64,000 bases of DNA from Flaccisagitta enflata (Eukaryota): assembly GCA_965153355.1 (NCBI GenBank), contig OZ231126.1:12772001-12836000 (forward strand), given 5' to 3'. Shown piece after piece: positions 30,263-43,579 of the stretch; position 1 is the first letter of the stretch; every line of letters begins with the position of its first letter. The position numbers and the translations under genes are program-made. The notes beneath the pieces were generated by a model. The model worked only from the letters and a program-made list of their open reading frames with translations, had not been told where the DNA came from and did no database searches.

Positions 30263-30780
30263 ACTCCTTTCTCCCCCTCTTCTTTCATTCATTCATTCAT
30301 AGCTCTCCTTCCTCTACCATAAGCACTCTCATCTAATAAAGAGCAGACTTCAAGTCTGTATGCGTCTGCATCCTCTACAAACGCCGTTGACGTCAATTAC
30401 GTCATTTTGACGACCATTACATCACAGTCGTTGAGTCGCGTTGACACGCGTCGTCTCAACGGGGGTGGGGGGAGGGGGGTTTAATGACCACTGGAAGGGG
30501 GGGGGGTGCGATGGGACGTCAAGACTACATGACGGAATCATTTAAGTCCAAACCCAAAACCTGAAATTGTCATCATCCAAAGTTAAAGACGGTAGCAGTC
30601 TCAATTTTGCGACAAATTGTCATGTCGCCGTCAAACCTGAATCATACCACAAGCACGCAATGTCTGGTCATCTTCCTGCGCAGAAATCATCTCCGTCGTT
30701 TCCATGAACGATATCATCGTCATCGTGATCGTGGATACCGTCATTATCATCATTATCATCATTATCATCATTATCATCAC

Positions 30781-30834
<54 letters not shown>

Positions 30835-31743
30835 TATAATCATTACGCATAAGTTTCGACCTTCACTGTCTATGATCCATCTGGTCACGACGAGTTGGTG
30901 AAAGAAGTGGCCGATTGGAAATAGGAAGGCGATCGTCTCGTTTATTCCATAAAAATTTCAACAACTGAAGAGAGGGGGAAAAATGAAAGGGAAAGTGGGC
31001 GTTAATGGTGATCAGCAAACGCAAAAGATAACATGAAATCGAGATAGGACACAATAAAGGACAGAAACAGCACATGACAACATGTTCATCTTCTTCAGAG
31101 CCCATGCCACCTGATAATACCTGCCCTGCCCCAGCCCATCCCATTAAATTCATCCATATCATCCCTATAGCAAGCTGATCGGGCAAGCGATAAAACCATA
31201 CTAAATCCGGCGATAAAAATGCAAAAGGGCAAAAAGACAAAAATAACAGACCAGAAGACAAGATAAAAAACAACGTAATAAAAGCAAAGACGTCTATAAA
31301 ACTTACTTTTAGGCCCACTCTTGGTTTCAACTTACAGTCTGTATAGATGTCAAGCTAACGTTGATGTGTCCGTTCATAAGTTTATCTGCAATAAAAGATG
31401 AGATTATTGGAAATTATTGAAATTAGTGAATTCCAAGGGCACATTCAATCGATCACGAAAAATCAATCAATCACTTTAAGAAGCAATGCCGTAAATAACA
31501 AAATATCAATCCAAAATTGGATGATACGAAAGACGAGTTACGTATGTTTGCCTACGTAATAAAAACAAATGGCACAAAATACAAGGCGCAGCCATATGGT
31601 TACCCATCTAGCGTTCAATATAAAAAAAGCAAAGAGAACAAAGACAACTTTGGTGAATAACAGGAAAAGAAGAAAAAAACCAGCCTTTATAAAAAGAAAC
31701 AAATGCTCATACTTAATAGACGGACGGACATACATTTCTAACA
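30835..31743 (-). repeat. 3' LTR of the BEL/Pao element (outer end eroded)
   Basis: Homologous to the 5' LTR with many substitutions and indels. Similarity fades into (CAT)n at ~30835 and no TSD is recognisable. Confidence 0.85.
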
Positions 31744-32799
31744 TTCTGCCCCATTTTGGGGCTGCAATTTCAAAATCGACATCTAGTTTCAGGGGAAACC
31801 CTACTAAAAAACCGATACCTTCGCCTTAAAAAAAAAAAAATTACATAGACACAGCCCCCACGCCCCTCCCCCGTCCACCGCCTCTTACATCCCACCCCTA
31901 ACTATCAACAGATCGCGACGACTGCCTGAATGTGATTCCGTCCGGAAAAGGATCCACCTGCTCATTTTCGCGCGATCGCGATGACGCGGATGGAGGCGAG
32001 AGGCGGGACGGAGGTTGAGGCACCCGTTCTGGAAAAGTTGAAAGAGGAAGGGGAAAGGGAACAGGTATGGGCACTCCAAGCCTGGGATTTGACTTGAGTG
32101 GAAAATAATGAGTAGGGGCATACTACTAAAAACATGTCATACAAAAGTATTCGTAATAAAGATTAAAAAGGCCATGTCTAAAACAAACACAACAAAAATG
32201 TACATGTTCCAAGGAACCAAACAAAACAAGACAAAAATTAAATAAGTTACTAACTATATGATAAAAACGAATCTGTTAAGTAAAAGAAATTAGTAAGCAT
32301 CATGGAACGACCACATCACCTGCGCCTTCTCCATTACAGAGGCGAGGTCATTCTGGGCTCCAACATCTCGTCAATCGTGGGCGAAAGGCGATGAATGATG
32401 TCGTCAACGGCGACCGCATCGAAAGGCGCAGGTGGAGCCGGATGCTGACAGGACATCTTGACTCCGACGAGCGACTTCAAGATGTAGACTGACTTAGATG
32501 GAACAACGTCGTCAGCGGAAGCTTTGAAATGTTCGTTAACGCGAACTGATAATGATAAGAACGGATTTTGGCACAATCATATGTACATGTAGACAGAGCG
32601 AATGAATCAGTGTTTTTGATGTGTTAATGAAATGGACAACATAATTGACAAGAGGAAAGATGAAAGCATGGATAATCAGAACCAAATATGAATAATAACA
32701 ACTCTTTGCAAATATAACAAGTCAGAGTTTCAATCACTCATATCTATAGTTACTAATGGACAGGCCCATAGCCTTTTTCTCTCTCTCTCTCAAAACTTA

Positions 32800-33960
32800 T
32801 TTTTATGAATCCAATCAACCGCAGAAGCTTTATGCGGTCTTTCGTCGATCTCTTCATCTTGGCGTCGAGATCCCTCCGGACATGGGCTGATGATCCTCGA
32901 CACCCATGACGCGTCCTAAACTCCAATGTGACGAGGCAGCGTTTCGTCCATGACGACGACCATGTCGTCGACCGCAAAGTCTCTCTCGGATCTCGACCAT
33001 TTGCTTCGCGCGTGAAGAAGCGACAAATATTCGACCCTCCACGATTTCCAAAACGCATCCACACGCGATTGCGCACGCCTCCATTGAATCTTCGCTGAGT
33101 CGGCGTCAGAGTTGACGCCTTGTTGCGCCAGATCCAGAGAGGCGTTGCCGGATGTTGATGGATTGAGGATATGATTCGGTGTGAGGGCCTCAGAATCATT
33201 TGAATCATCACTGAGCGCTGTCAGAGGACGACGGTTGAGAATTCCTTCAACTTCGACGACAGCAGTGTTGAAGGCATCGACGTGAAGGATGGCGCCAGTA
33301 GAGATGGAAGCAAAATGGCGCTTGAAGAGACCGATGACTAGATTAGTTCCACAGTCTAAAGTGAATCGGTTTCCTGGGCGCCTTGCTGCAAAGCGGATGA
33401 TTGCATTTACCATCGCATCGGCTGACATATCCAATCCGGTCTCTGTAAAAACAGGTGCAGGATTGATGCGATTTGATGGAAGATTAGCCATTCGCTGATT
33501 CGCGTTCTTTAAAGTTCTTCTGGCATCTGAAGCACGTGTTGACGACGCTCTTGACAGCCTGAAGACCTTCTGTAATCCACACAAATTGGCGTAATTGGCA
33601 CAATGTATGCTTTGCACCCGCGTGAAAATCATTATGATGATAATGGCGAATTAATGATTTCACATCCTCGTCTTTTGGCGGAAGGATGAAGGGAAATTTA
33701 GCGTCATGTGCGATGTCGGCATTCTCCAATCGGCTGCCGACGCGAAGGATGCCGTCGTAATCGACGAAAGGGTTCAACTTTAGCACCTCCTTGTTCTTGA
33801 TGACAAAGACACGACGGCTTCCTGGCTTAAAGGCTTTTCCCAACTCCAATTGTTCAAAACGTCGGAATAATGTTGCCGCTGCATTGACTTGACGAACGAG
33901 CTGTTGTGCGCCTCCTCCAAGACGTCTTGCGTCACTTCCGGTTTAGGAAGAAGATTCTTT
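32800..33960 (-). pseudogene. BEL/Pao integrase remnant (HHCC, deleted DDE core, DUF5641-like tail)
   Basis: LKLNPFVDYDGILRVGSRLENA...HYHHNDFHAG...FVWI...CFRCQK; QRMANLPSNR; ILNRRPLT; LTPNHIL; WRRAQSRVDAFWKSWRVEYLSLLHARSKW; HWSLGRV. Confidence 0.9.
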
Positions 33961-33964
33961 GCTG

Positions 33965-34690
33965 CAATTGGGCAAAAGTATGTCTTTTCCTCTAACATTT
34001 TGCACGCTCTGATGTTTTCAAGGGAATCGCCCATCTCCTCTTGCGAGACGATTGGTGATACAAAGTCATGGTAGAAGATGCGGTCAATGTTGCTGTTGAG
34101 GACGCGATTGTCGAGGATGCGATCGATGCTGTCGTGGAGGGCGCGATCATCCGTTGCGATGGCGTTGATCGATGCAAAATCTCGCCCCTCTTCCCCGTTT
34201 TTCCACATACAGTCCAACCGAATAAACATCTGAAGCAAGTCAAGGATCCTGAAGGCCCTCGGCGGACTTCCTGAGCGACGGCGGCATCCGCATGCGCCGC
34301 TCCGATGATCATCATAACACCGCCTTCTGCCTCTGGAAACTTTATATCTCTGATGTGAGTTTGGTCGGATAGGTCGCGGAGAAAAGGAGAGATGTCTTCA
34401 CTCGTCAACAAATCACCCACCAACGCGTCGTTGATGTCAACGACATATTCCTCGTCGACCGACTTCATGGTGAATGATGCGATGAAACGATCCTCAACAA
34501 CATGATTTCCCACCGTAACCACCGTCATTTGCACTGTTTTTGTCGGAATCAGAAGACTGCGAATAACATTGGTACTGATCGCGTCGCGATCAGCGCCTGA
34601 GTCGATCATGGCGTATATAGTCCTCTGCACCCGAAGAATTGTTTACATGATAGTCACTGGAACAATCGGACGGACAACGTCGTCGAATGA
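33965..34690 (-). pseudogene. BEL/Pao aspartic protease and following linker
   Basis: ...RPIVPV...TIYAMIDSGADRDAIS...MIIGAAH...CLFGWTVCG: DSG catalytic motif plus the typical BEL 'IG..' and 'LGW.V.G' motifs; contains frameshifts. Confidence 0.88.
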
Positions 34691-34879
34691 AGAGACGGAC
34701 CGCGGCGTTCGTCGCCGCCAGTCATGCCGTGACGTTCGAAGAGATCACTTCCGTAGGATTGGCTGCCCCTCCGCCGTCGGCCAGGGCTGTTGGTGCTGCT
34801 GCAGCCGCATCCTCTGACTTGTTGAAGGGAGCCAGCGGTACTTTATTTCCCTGCTTATTCTCTCCTTTCTTCTCTTCCC

Positions 34880-37800
34880 TTTCTTCTTTCTTGTAGGTGC
34901 GCCCGTGGAGAATTGTTGTGTGCCGCTTCTTGCAGATCTGGCAAGTTGGTCTGTTGCACATCCTTTGGCATTGTGTCCTGGCGCGAGGCAGTGGAAGCAG
35001 AGACGACGAGACATGATCTTTTGAACTCTCGCGTCTACTTCCAACTCTAACAGCTGATGACATTCTTCTGTTTGATGCATTCCACTGCAGACGTTGCAGC
35101 AGTCCGTCGACTGCGTCTTTTGCTTGCCATTGGTCAAAGCATCCTCGTATGATGATGGCGCCTCTTTTTCTGTCGTTGCGACTGCTGCCACTGACGCTGT
35201 TTTGCAGCTTGCACCTTTATTTCGCTGAATCACCGCCCATGTCTCAATCATTTTGACCAAGTCATGTTGACCAAGTTGTCGAATGAAAATGACTGTCCTT
35301 TCTGGGTTGCTTCATTTTGCTTTTCCCAAAATTTATCTGCAAGATGAGGGACCCTCTTATTGAGGATTTCCTGCAGCAGCTCGTCACGATAGCTGTGTTG
35401 CACTTCTCCACAGGTCCTCGTAATCTTCTTTGCCTTTTGCACCTTGCAGACAAGGAAATCTTGCATGGTCGGCCGACTGGATCTTGCCTCCGCGACGATT
35501 TCGTTGAACAGCGCCGCAATGTTGCAGCGCCTTGCCATAAAGACGACGTCCATTTTGCGAAGGCGTCGTCAATCTCTCCTCTTGCTGTCGCTTCAGTTGC
35601 ATCAATCGTCGCAGTTTCAATGATCTCCTTTGCCGGACCAGCAAACCACTTAGGCAATTCCAATAAAATGTCCATTTGCGTCAAGCCTTCATGCTTTTCA
35701 GCATCTTTGAACTTCCTCTTCCACATCATGAAATCGGTGGATGAAAGCTCCTGCAGAGGCTTCTCAGGTCTTGCTCTCTCCAATGCTTTGAGGCCACCTC
35801 CTTGCTGCATATAATCGTTGTCGCCTCCTCTCCAGGAACATGTCCAGAGCCGGATTGGGGCATCTGTATGGACTTCCGGTTGACGAGCTACTTGATGCTC
35901 CACCTGATGATACGCTGGGGCCTGTTGGGTGAACGCGTGACCCCGACCTTGACCGGAGATCTCTTTTTGGTAGTTTTCACACTCCACCCAACTTCTTCCT
36001 GCTGATTCATTTGTTGTTGACGATCATCTTGATGGAATCGGGGAGCATCAAAATCTTGGCGGACGTACTGTCGCTGTTGTTGTTCTTCTTTACGTTGTTT
36101 CTCTTCCTCTCTCGCTGCGGCAAGGTCAAAGTCTCTCTGCTGAATCTGCATCTTCAAACTATCCACTTCCTGCTGCAAACGTTGATTCTGCTGGATGACT
36201 TCCGCTTGAGGCGTTGCTAGAGGCGCTTGCGCTACTTTTGGCGCCTTCGGCTGCAATCCACTCATTGCCTTCTTGGGAGCGACTTTTCTTCTCTCCTTAT
36301 CTTGCAGCTGCTGTGCCAACTTCGCGTCCGTTGCATCACCTCCGCTTCCGGCTGTGTTGAAGACCTTTTCCTCTTGACGGGGAAGTTCAGTCTCCCTTCT
36401 AGCAGAACCAATCTGCTTCTCGAAGATCACTTCCGGTGCGGTAGGGAGAATCGTTGCTGCTGGGGTTTGGTGATGCTGATCCTGATGCTGTTGCAGTTGT
36501 TGAAGCCGTTGCTGCTGCCACTGTTGATGTTGAAGCTGCTGTTGCTGGTCAGGATGCTGTTGCTGTTCATTCTGCTGCTGCAGTTGACGCTGACGCTGTC
36601 CTTGCTGCTGCTGCTGCTCCAACTGTTGCTGCTGCTGCATCGGCTGCTTGACGGACGTTTCCACTGACTGCACATGATGTTGCTGAAAGTTCGAATTGAA
36701 CAATCCCGATTGAAATTTCTGAAGATAGATCGACGGTCTTTTGGCGGATGCTGCGGCTGCTGCTTGTCCAGCTCAGACAGTTGTCTAAGCTTCACATCCC
36801 GCTGCTCTAAGCTCCACCAATGCCGCCATCGTTCAGGCTATTCCAGTGCTTTAGTTGCATTTCTGCCGCATTATTGAATACTCCTGCTCTTCTATCTTCA
36901 TCTCGTTGCTGCTGCTGGCGAAAGTTACACATTCTGTCGTACAACTCTTTGTCTTCTTGTGATGAGCTTCGCTGTTGGAATCCCAATGGCACCGCGATCG
37001 GCGCCTTTAGAGCTGTTGCTGCACCACCACCTTCACCTTCAGCCATCATGCGCAGACGTTGTTCTGCAAGGCGTCGCTGTCTCTCTTCTTCTGTTTCTTC
37101 ACTGACGCTCATGCTTTCGACAGGATGGTTGTTGGACGCTGGAGGATCCACTACCACCGCTGGGATCGCGGCGGAAGGTTGCTGTTGCTGCTGCAGTTGC
37201 TGTTGCATACGTTCATCTTCATTATTTTGCCGCTGTTGTTGTTGTTCATGCGCTGCATAACAGATTGATGTTGTTGCAGCCCTTGTTGTTGTTGCTGTTA
37301 TTGCTGCTGCTGCTGCTCGTGTTGTTGCTGTTGTTGAACCATGTTGTGGCGCCGGCTGCAAGACTGACGTTGTTGTTGGTCTTGTTGGCGAAATTGTTGA
37401 AGTTGCTGCAACTGCTGCTGCTGCAGCAGCTCTTGCTGCTGCCGTTGAGCTGTCGTTTGCTGCTGCTCATGTGGTCGGTGGAGTTGACGTTGCTGTTGGG
37501 GTGCTGCTGCATCTGCAGTGATGCTGCTGCTGTTGCTCCTGTTGCTGTCTCGCTGCTCCTCCTCCCGTTGTGCTGCTGCAAATCATCTATCAACCGCCGG
37601 CCTTGTTGCATTTCCTTCTCCAGCTGTCTACCCCATCTGTCTCTCTCCGCACTCCTGTTGACGAAGCGTCGCCTCGCCCTCTCCTGCGGCGTCAGTCCGT
37701 TGATAATCCACGACCTCTTGCAAGAGCATCGGCGTCGTCGAGATCCGCAAGCATGTCGTCAGCTTGCTCCATCCGAGCACACGCGCAGGTTCAATTTCGA

Positions 37801-38482
37801 GACCAAATCGAGACCCACTGATTGACAGCATCTCCTCTGGATCGGCAGCAATTGGGGTGTTCCGCCAGTTGAGGTGCGCACCATGTCGCGGGCCGAAGTG
37901 GTAGATACTGGATCCGTCGGGAGCGGCGACGTTCGCATCCTGGTGTTGGAGCGCCAGTCACATTGTCACGAGCGCATGAGTGTCAGTTGGGAGACTGTTC
38001 CATGAAAATTCATTGGCCGGTCTTTTACGTTCCCACGTCACTGTGCATTGCGTTAACGATGTTGGCGTTGGAAGGAAAACCCTCTGGATAGTTTTCACGA
38101 TCGAAAAAGCGCGGAGTTCCATCGCGCGGATTCGGCGCCAGAGTGGGCGCCGCGAATGAAGAGAAGTTGGCGACATCGAGTCGAGCGCCATTGCTTGCGT
38201 ATGATATAAAGTCGTGACCATATCCCAAAGGCCATGTCGAGCGCCATCTGATTCACATGCGGCGTCGTCGAAATCATTCGATCCTTCGGCGTAAGCGGCA
38301 ACGGCGCGAAAGGCGCGGCATCCTTCCATCTCCGCCGTGATGTCGTTTCTCATCGCGCGCAAGCGATCCGACCTCGGACACTGATTCAAACCGAAGTGAG
38401 ATACCCGAGATGACGTTGAAGCAGTTGAGGCGGTGTAATAGTTATGAAACCGCCATTGTCCAATTTCGTTTTCGGAGGTCAA
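34880..38482 (-). pseudogene. gag: BEL/Pao gag remnant with long N-terminal and Q-rich extension (frameshifted)
   Basis: Consecutive minus-strand ORF fragments 37958-38482, 37628-37831, 36807-37611, 35888-36703, 35262-35987, 35248-35553 and 34745-35260, ending in the BEL-type triple knuckle CNVCSGMHQTEEC / CFHCLAPGHNAKGC / CQICKKRHTTILH. Confidence 0.85.
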
Positions 38483-38509
38483 GATGTAAGAGTCGAGTCG
38501 TTTTTAAAT

Positions 38510-39424
38510 TGTTGAAATATAAATTACGCCCACGAGTTTCATGGCACTGTCTATGAACGTCTATCTGACTGACGACTTGTGGTGAAAGAAAGTTGGCCGA
38601 TTGGAAAATAGGAAGGCATCGTCTCGTTTATTCCATAAAAATTTCAACAACTGAAGAGAGGGGAAAAAGAAAGGGAAAGTGGCGTTAATGGTGATCAGCA
38701 AACGCAAAGATAACATGAAATCGAGATAGGACACAATAAAGGCAGAAACAGCACATGACAACATGTTCATCTTCTTCAGAGCCCATGCCACCTGATAATA
38801 CCTGCCCCTGCCCACCCATCCCATTAAGATTCATCCATATCATCCCTATAGCAAGCTGATCGGACAAGCGATAAAAACCATACAAAAATCCGGCGATAAA
38901 AATGCAAAAGGGCAAAAAGACAAAAATAACAGACCGGAAGAACAAGATAAAAATAACGTTAATAAAAGCAAAGACGCGTCTATAAAACTTACTTTTAGGC
39001 CCACTTTCGTTGGTTTCAACCCACAGTCTGTCGATGTCAAACTAACGTTAATTGTCCGTTCATAAGTTTATCTGCAATAAAAAGATGAGAGATTATTGAA
39101 ATTAGTGAATTCCAAGGGCGCATTCAATCGATCACGAAAAATCAATCAATCACTTTAAGAAGCAATGCCGTAAATAATAAAATCAATCAATCCAAAATTG
39201 GATGATACGAAAGACGAGTTACGTATGTTTGCCTACGTAATAAAAACAAATGGCACAAAATACAAGGCGCAACCATATGGTTACCCATCTAGCGTCCAAT
39301 ATAAAAAATGGCGAGAAACAAAAGACGCCGGCATTGAATAACAGGAAAAGAAGAAAAACCAAACGCACGCAAAAGAAACAAATGCACTCATACTTAATAG
39401 ACGGACGGACATACATTTCTAACA
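38510..39424 (-). repeat. 5' LTR of the BEL/Pao element
   Basis: Starts TGTTAGAAAT and ends ATTTCAACA on the minus strand (short terminal inverted repeat, TG...CA); direct repeat of ~30835-31743. The inner boundary is uncertain; 38548 (TGTCTAT) is an alternative. Confidence 0.85.
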
Positions 39425-39800
<376 letters not shown>

Positions 39801-41356
39801 CCTTCGACATCCACACCTTTGTCATAAATGATTATGGTCAATATGGTGATGACTGATCACAGTAATTGGGATGCGCAATGTGAACCAAATGGTAGCGAAT
39901 AGCTTTCATAACTTAGATGGTAACACTGATGGGCGGTCAAAGAGTATTGCGGTCGTCCAACTCTCATGTAGGCATGTGAGTAACTGATTGGTGAATCAAC
40001 TCGCTCATATCAACTTAAGTAATTGACCAACTCGAACTGAACTGACCAAATCATCGACAAAATGATGATTCAATCGGTGTCCTCGAATCTCATTGATTAT
40101 GGGTTTCATTGCAGTTTTAATGCATCTATCTTCCCCTCGCGCGGTCATGGCCATCGTCGTCGTTGTCGTCCTCGACGTTGTCATCGTCGTCATCACCGTC
40201 GTCGTCATAAACGTCATCACCGTCGTCGTCTTTGTTAATGTCAACATCATCGTTACAGTCCATTGAGGATTGACCTTGGTCGGGTTGACCAACTGATCAC
40301 TTTCTTTTGCAAACAGGAAAAGAATGAAGCCAATGGGATGAGGATGAGAACGCGGAAGTCTTAGGGATGAGGACGGAATAAGGGAAAGGACGAATTGAGG
40401 ATGAAGAGGAGGAAGTGAATAAGGACGAGTAAGTCGGAAGAATGAGGACAAGGACAAAATGACGATGGAGATGGGGGCTGAGGAGCGGATGGCCCAGGGG
40501 AGGGTTAAGCGACGAAGAACTTAGGGTAAGGACGAAATGAGGATGAAGATGAGGAAGTGAATAAGGACGAGGAAGTCGGAACACCCCCTCCCGAATCGCC
40601 CATATTTGGTATTACAGCTTTTAAAGCGAAAAAATTGAGTGGCAGCAGATATTTCGGAATTAAACGTTTATCAATATCACAACGTTCTATGAATCATTTT
40701 AGAAAGGAAGCAGTATTTCTAACTTACGACGCAGCGCCGCGGTCAAACTGGCTTCAGTGTTTGTACTGTAACATCTGTGGCTTTGTCAGTAGCACGGTTG
40801 CAATTTTTTTAGTTGCGGACACGCAACTCTGTAAGAGGCTTTGTCCGTCCATCCATCTGTTCTTCCATCCGTCCGTTGGTCCATCCATCGGCCTGTCCGT
40901 CAGCACAAGTCGAAAAGTGGGAAAACAAGTTTTAGAATATCTTTAGTTGCCTTGTTATGGTTTACATTGCATGATATGCCACCAAACTCTTGCACCACTT
41001 TCCCGCTTCTTTTCCATTTGGAGGTTTCATCAAATAAAAATTGTATGAATTAACTGATCTAACAAAAATAAAAATTGGCAATAAATTGACAAAGAGCAAT
41101 CGCCAAATTTAACCAGATGACCGTGACTTATGAATTTCTAAGTCACACTCTTGACACTGTAGTTCTCTTGCCCTTTCTCTTTCCCTTTCCCCCTCCCAGC
41201 TCAATTTATATGGGCCTCTCTATTGTTTGACTGACTGTGTCTGCGGCAAATGAAGTAATAGGGTCGACAGAGCTGTATCATCATCAATTCTAGTATGTTT
41301 GTATCACTAATTTCTTACTAAAATGCTTCAAAATTCATCAACGAAACAAAATCGAA

Positions 41357-41868
41357 CTAGTCATCCAAGGATCGCACATGGTCAGCGGTACCCGATGCCC
41401 TGCTTGGAGTGATCAGCTGAAAGAGTGAGGTGAGAGCAGGGCAGCGGCCCCAAAGGGCCAATGTCCTGTAGGACACAGGGGTGAATTTCCAGACGTCCTG
41501 AGGGGCCACATTTGAAGGCATTTGATTCCTTGGAGCAGGGGGTTGAAGGGGCTGATTTTGGGCCTGAGAGCTCATTTTGGAATCAGAGGGTTGATTTCTG
41601 ATCTTAAAGGGTTAATTTTTTATCTGAGAGGGCTGATCAGGGGCCTGAGAGGGCTAATTTGAGGTGTGAGAGGGCTGATTTTGGGCCTGAAAGGGCTGAT
41701 TTGGGGCCCAAGAGGGCTGATTTGAGGCCTGAGAGGGCTTATTTGAGGTCCAAGAGGGGCCTGAGTAGCCTCCAGGGGGGAATGTATGTACGGACGTACG
41801 TACGGACGTCTGGAAATTCACCCCTGTGTCCTACAGGACATCGGCCCTTTGGGGCCGCTGCCCAAAAA
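41357..41868 (-). mobile_element. Helentron/HINE-like element (family B)
   Basis: Reverse-complement copy of 44837-45376 with the same termini and internal ~20-bp repeats; a terminal fragment also occurs at ~60541-60630. Confidence 0.75.
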
Positions 41869-42230
41869 AGGAAAAGATTCTGAAAAATATTTTCCAATCA
41901 CAGTTCACTTCTTCACCAAATCGCTAAATGGGAAATCTTTAATTACGATAAAACCGCTGCCGCTTGTTCCGTTTTACTAATACGTCTTCAGTTGGGGGTG
42001 GGAAGGATGAGGACGAGGACAAAAAGACGATTGAGACGGACTGAAGACCGGATGGAAAGGGGGGGGAGGTAAGCGATGAAGAACTTTAGGTAACAGTTGA
42101 TGGAAATGAGAAGGAATAGGAGACAGGGAAAAAGGCGAGGAAGGAAGGCGAGGATGAGAAAATGTAGGAAAGAATGTACTTGCAGAATGGGGGGGGGGGG
42201 CGGCCGGAGACTGTCTGCGGGAAGATGATA

Positions 42231-43126
42231 CCTTGCTTTCAAAAGCGACTCTAACTAGCAAAACCTTTTCTGTGCCTAAAGTATCTATATTTAGAAATCC
42301 AGGTTGGTTTTGTCTAAAAGCACATAACCTTCCATTTGTTCATGCAAAATTTCAATGTAGTGGCTCGAGCAGTTTGGCTCCCACATGGTTTTAAGTGAAA
42401 ATTTGGTGAGCCCCTTGACAGGTTCCTCATGAAATTGATAGATTGACTTTCATAACCTTTAAACAGCGTTATTGTCATATGAATCAAATCAAAATAGCCA
42501 GATTGGTCTCAAAACATAAATATAATTCTAGGTATACATACCTCTTGGGAAATAAATCAAAGTTGTGATATTCATGCAGCAAATCCGATTTTTTCCTCTG
42601 ATGTTTTGAGGTCTGACAAGGTTTTCTATCCCATTGATTGACAAACAAGGCCAGATACACGGCCACCAGTTGCGGACGGGTGGGCAGGGGCGGAAATATG
42701 CGGTTTCCCACTTTTCAACTCGAGCGTGACCGACCAACCAATCAACCAATGGACGGACGGACGGACGGACGGATGGACAAAGCCTCTTATAGAGTCGCGT
42801 GTCCGCAACTAAAAAGGCCAAATTGTTTTGAAAATCGCAAGAAATCAAAACTCATATGACACGGGGTTGATTACCACCAAATTATGACCAATGGGTCATT
42901 CCAGCGCAATGTTGATGAAAACTTGTTTAAACATGCAATTTCTTAGCAAAAATTTCATCAAATTTCAAAATTAAGTGGAAGCCAAACGGTTGAAGCCACT
43001 GCTACAAAATTTTGAATGATCAAATGGTAGGTTATGTGCTTTTCTAGAACCAATCGAGATTTTTTAATATGGACACTTTAGGCACAATAAAGGTTTTACT
43101 GGTTACAGTTGCTTTTGAAAACAGGG
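42231..43126. mobile_element. MITE with long degenerate TIRs and TA TSD, containing a nested family A element (42645-42815)
   Basis: TA|CCTTGCTTTCAAAAGC...GTGCCTAAAG vs CTTTAGGCAC...GCTTTTGAAAACAGGG|TA. Confidence 0.78.
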
Positions 43127-43460
43127 TAACCAGAATGTGCCTGACTGCGTGTAATGTGTAAATGAGGTTTACAACTGAAAAAAGAAAGTAAGCAATATGC
43201 TGTCCATATTCATTGTCTCACGCTCAGTTAAGGATGTGAGAAAAACAACATTGTTTGCCTTCATTTGCGTCTAGATGACCATTTTACTGTAAGCGTGCTG
43301 ATCTACCGCTCTAAATATCTTTGACTCGAACCTTGTCCATTCTAACTAACTTATCTTTTCCTGTTGATCTGTAGGCTAATCTCTCTGTCTCTCGTTGTCT
43401 GTCCGTCAATCTGCCAGTCTCTTTGTCCATGTCTGCATGTCTGTCTCTGTGTCTGTCTGT

Positions 43461-43549
<89 letters not shown>

Positions 43550-43579
43550 TCTCTCTCTCTCTGTCTCTCTCTCATGGCA

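Larger units (their letters stand above)
30835..39424 (-). mobile_element. BEL/Pao LTR retrotransposon, internally deleted and non-autonomous (no RT/RNase H)
   Basis: Two ~0.9-kb direct repeats flank gag zinc knuckles, a DSG aspartic protease, the integrase HHCC region and a DUF5641-like C-terminus in BEL order. Purine-rich PPT aaaatggggcagaa lies immediately before the 3' LTR on the minus strand. Confidence 0.93.

Noticed and set aside
38460..38547. tRNA primer-binding site of the BEL element
   Set aside because: No clean TGG-starting PBS is present; candidates (gtgccatgaaactcg, tgacctccgaaa) are degenerate, so no tRNA was assigned.
40130..40265. Asp-rich minus-strand mini-ORF (MDCNDDVD...)
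   Set aside because: Best explained as a degenerate (GAC/GAT)n microsatellite.
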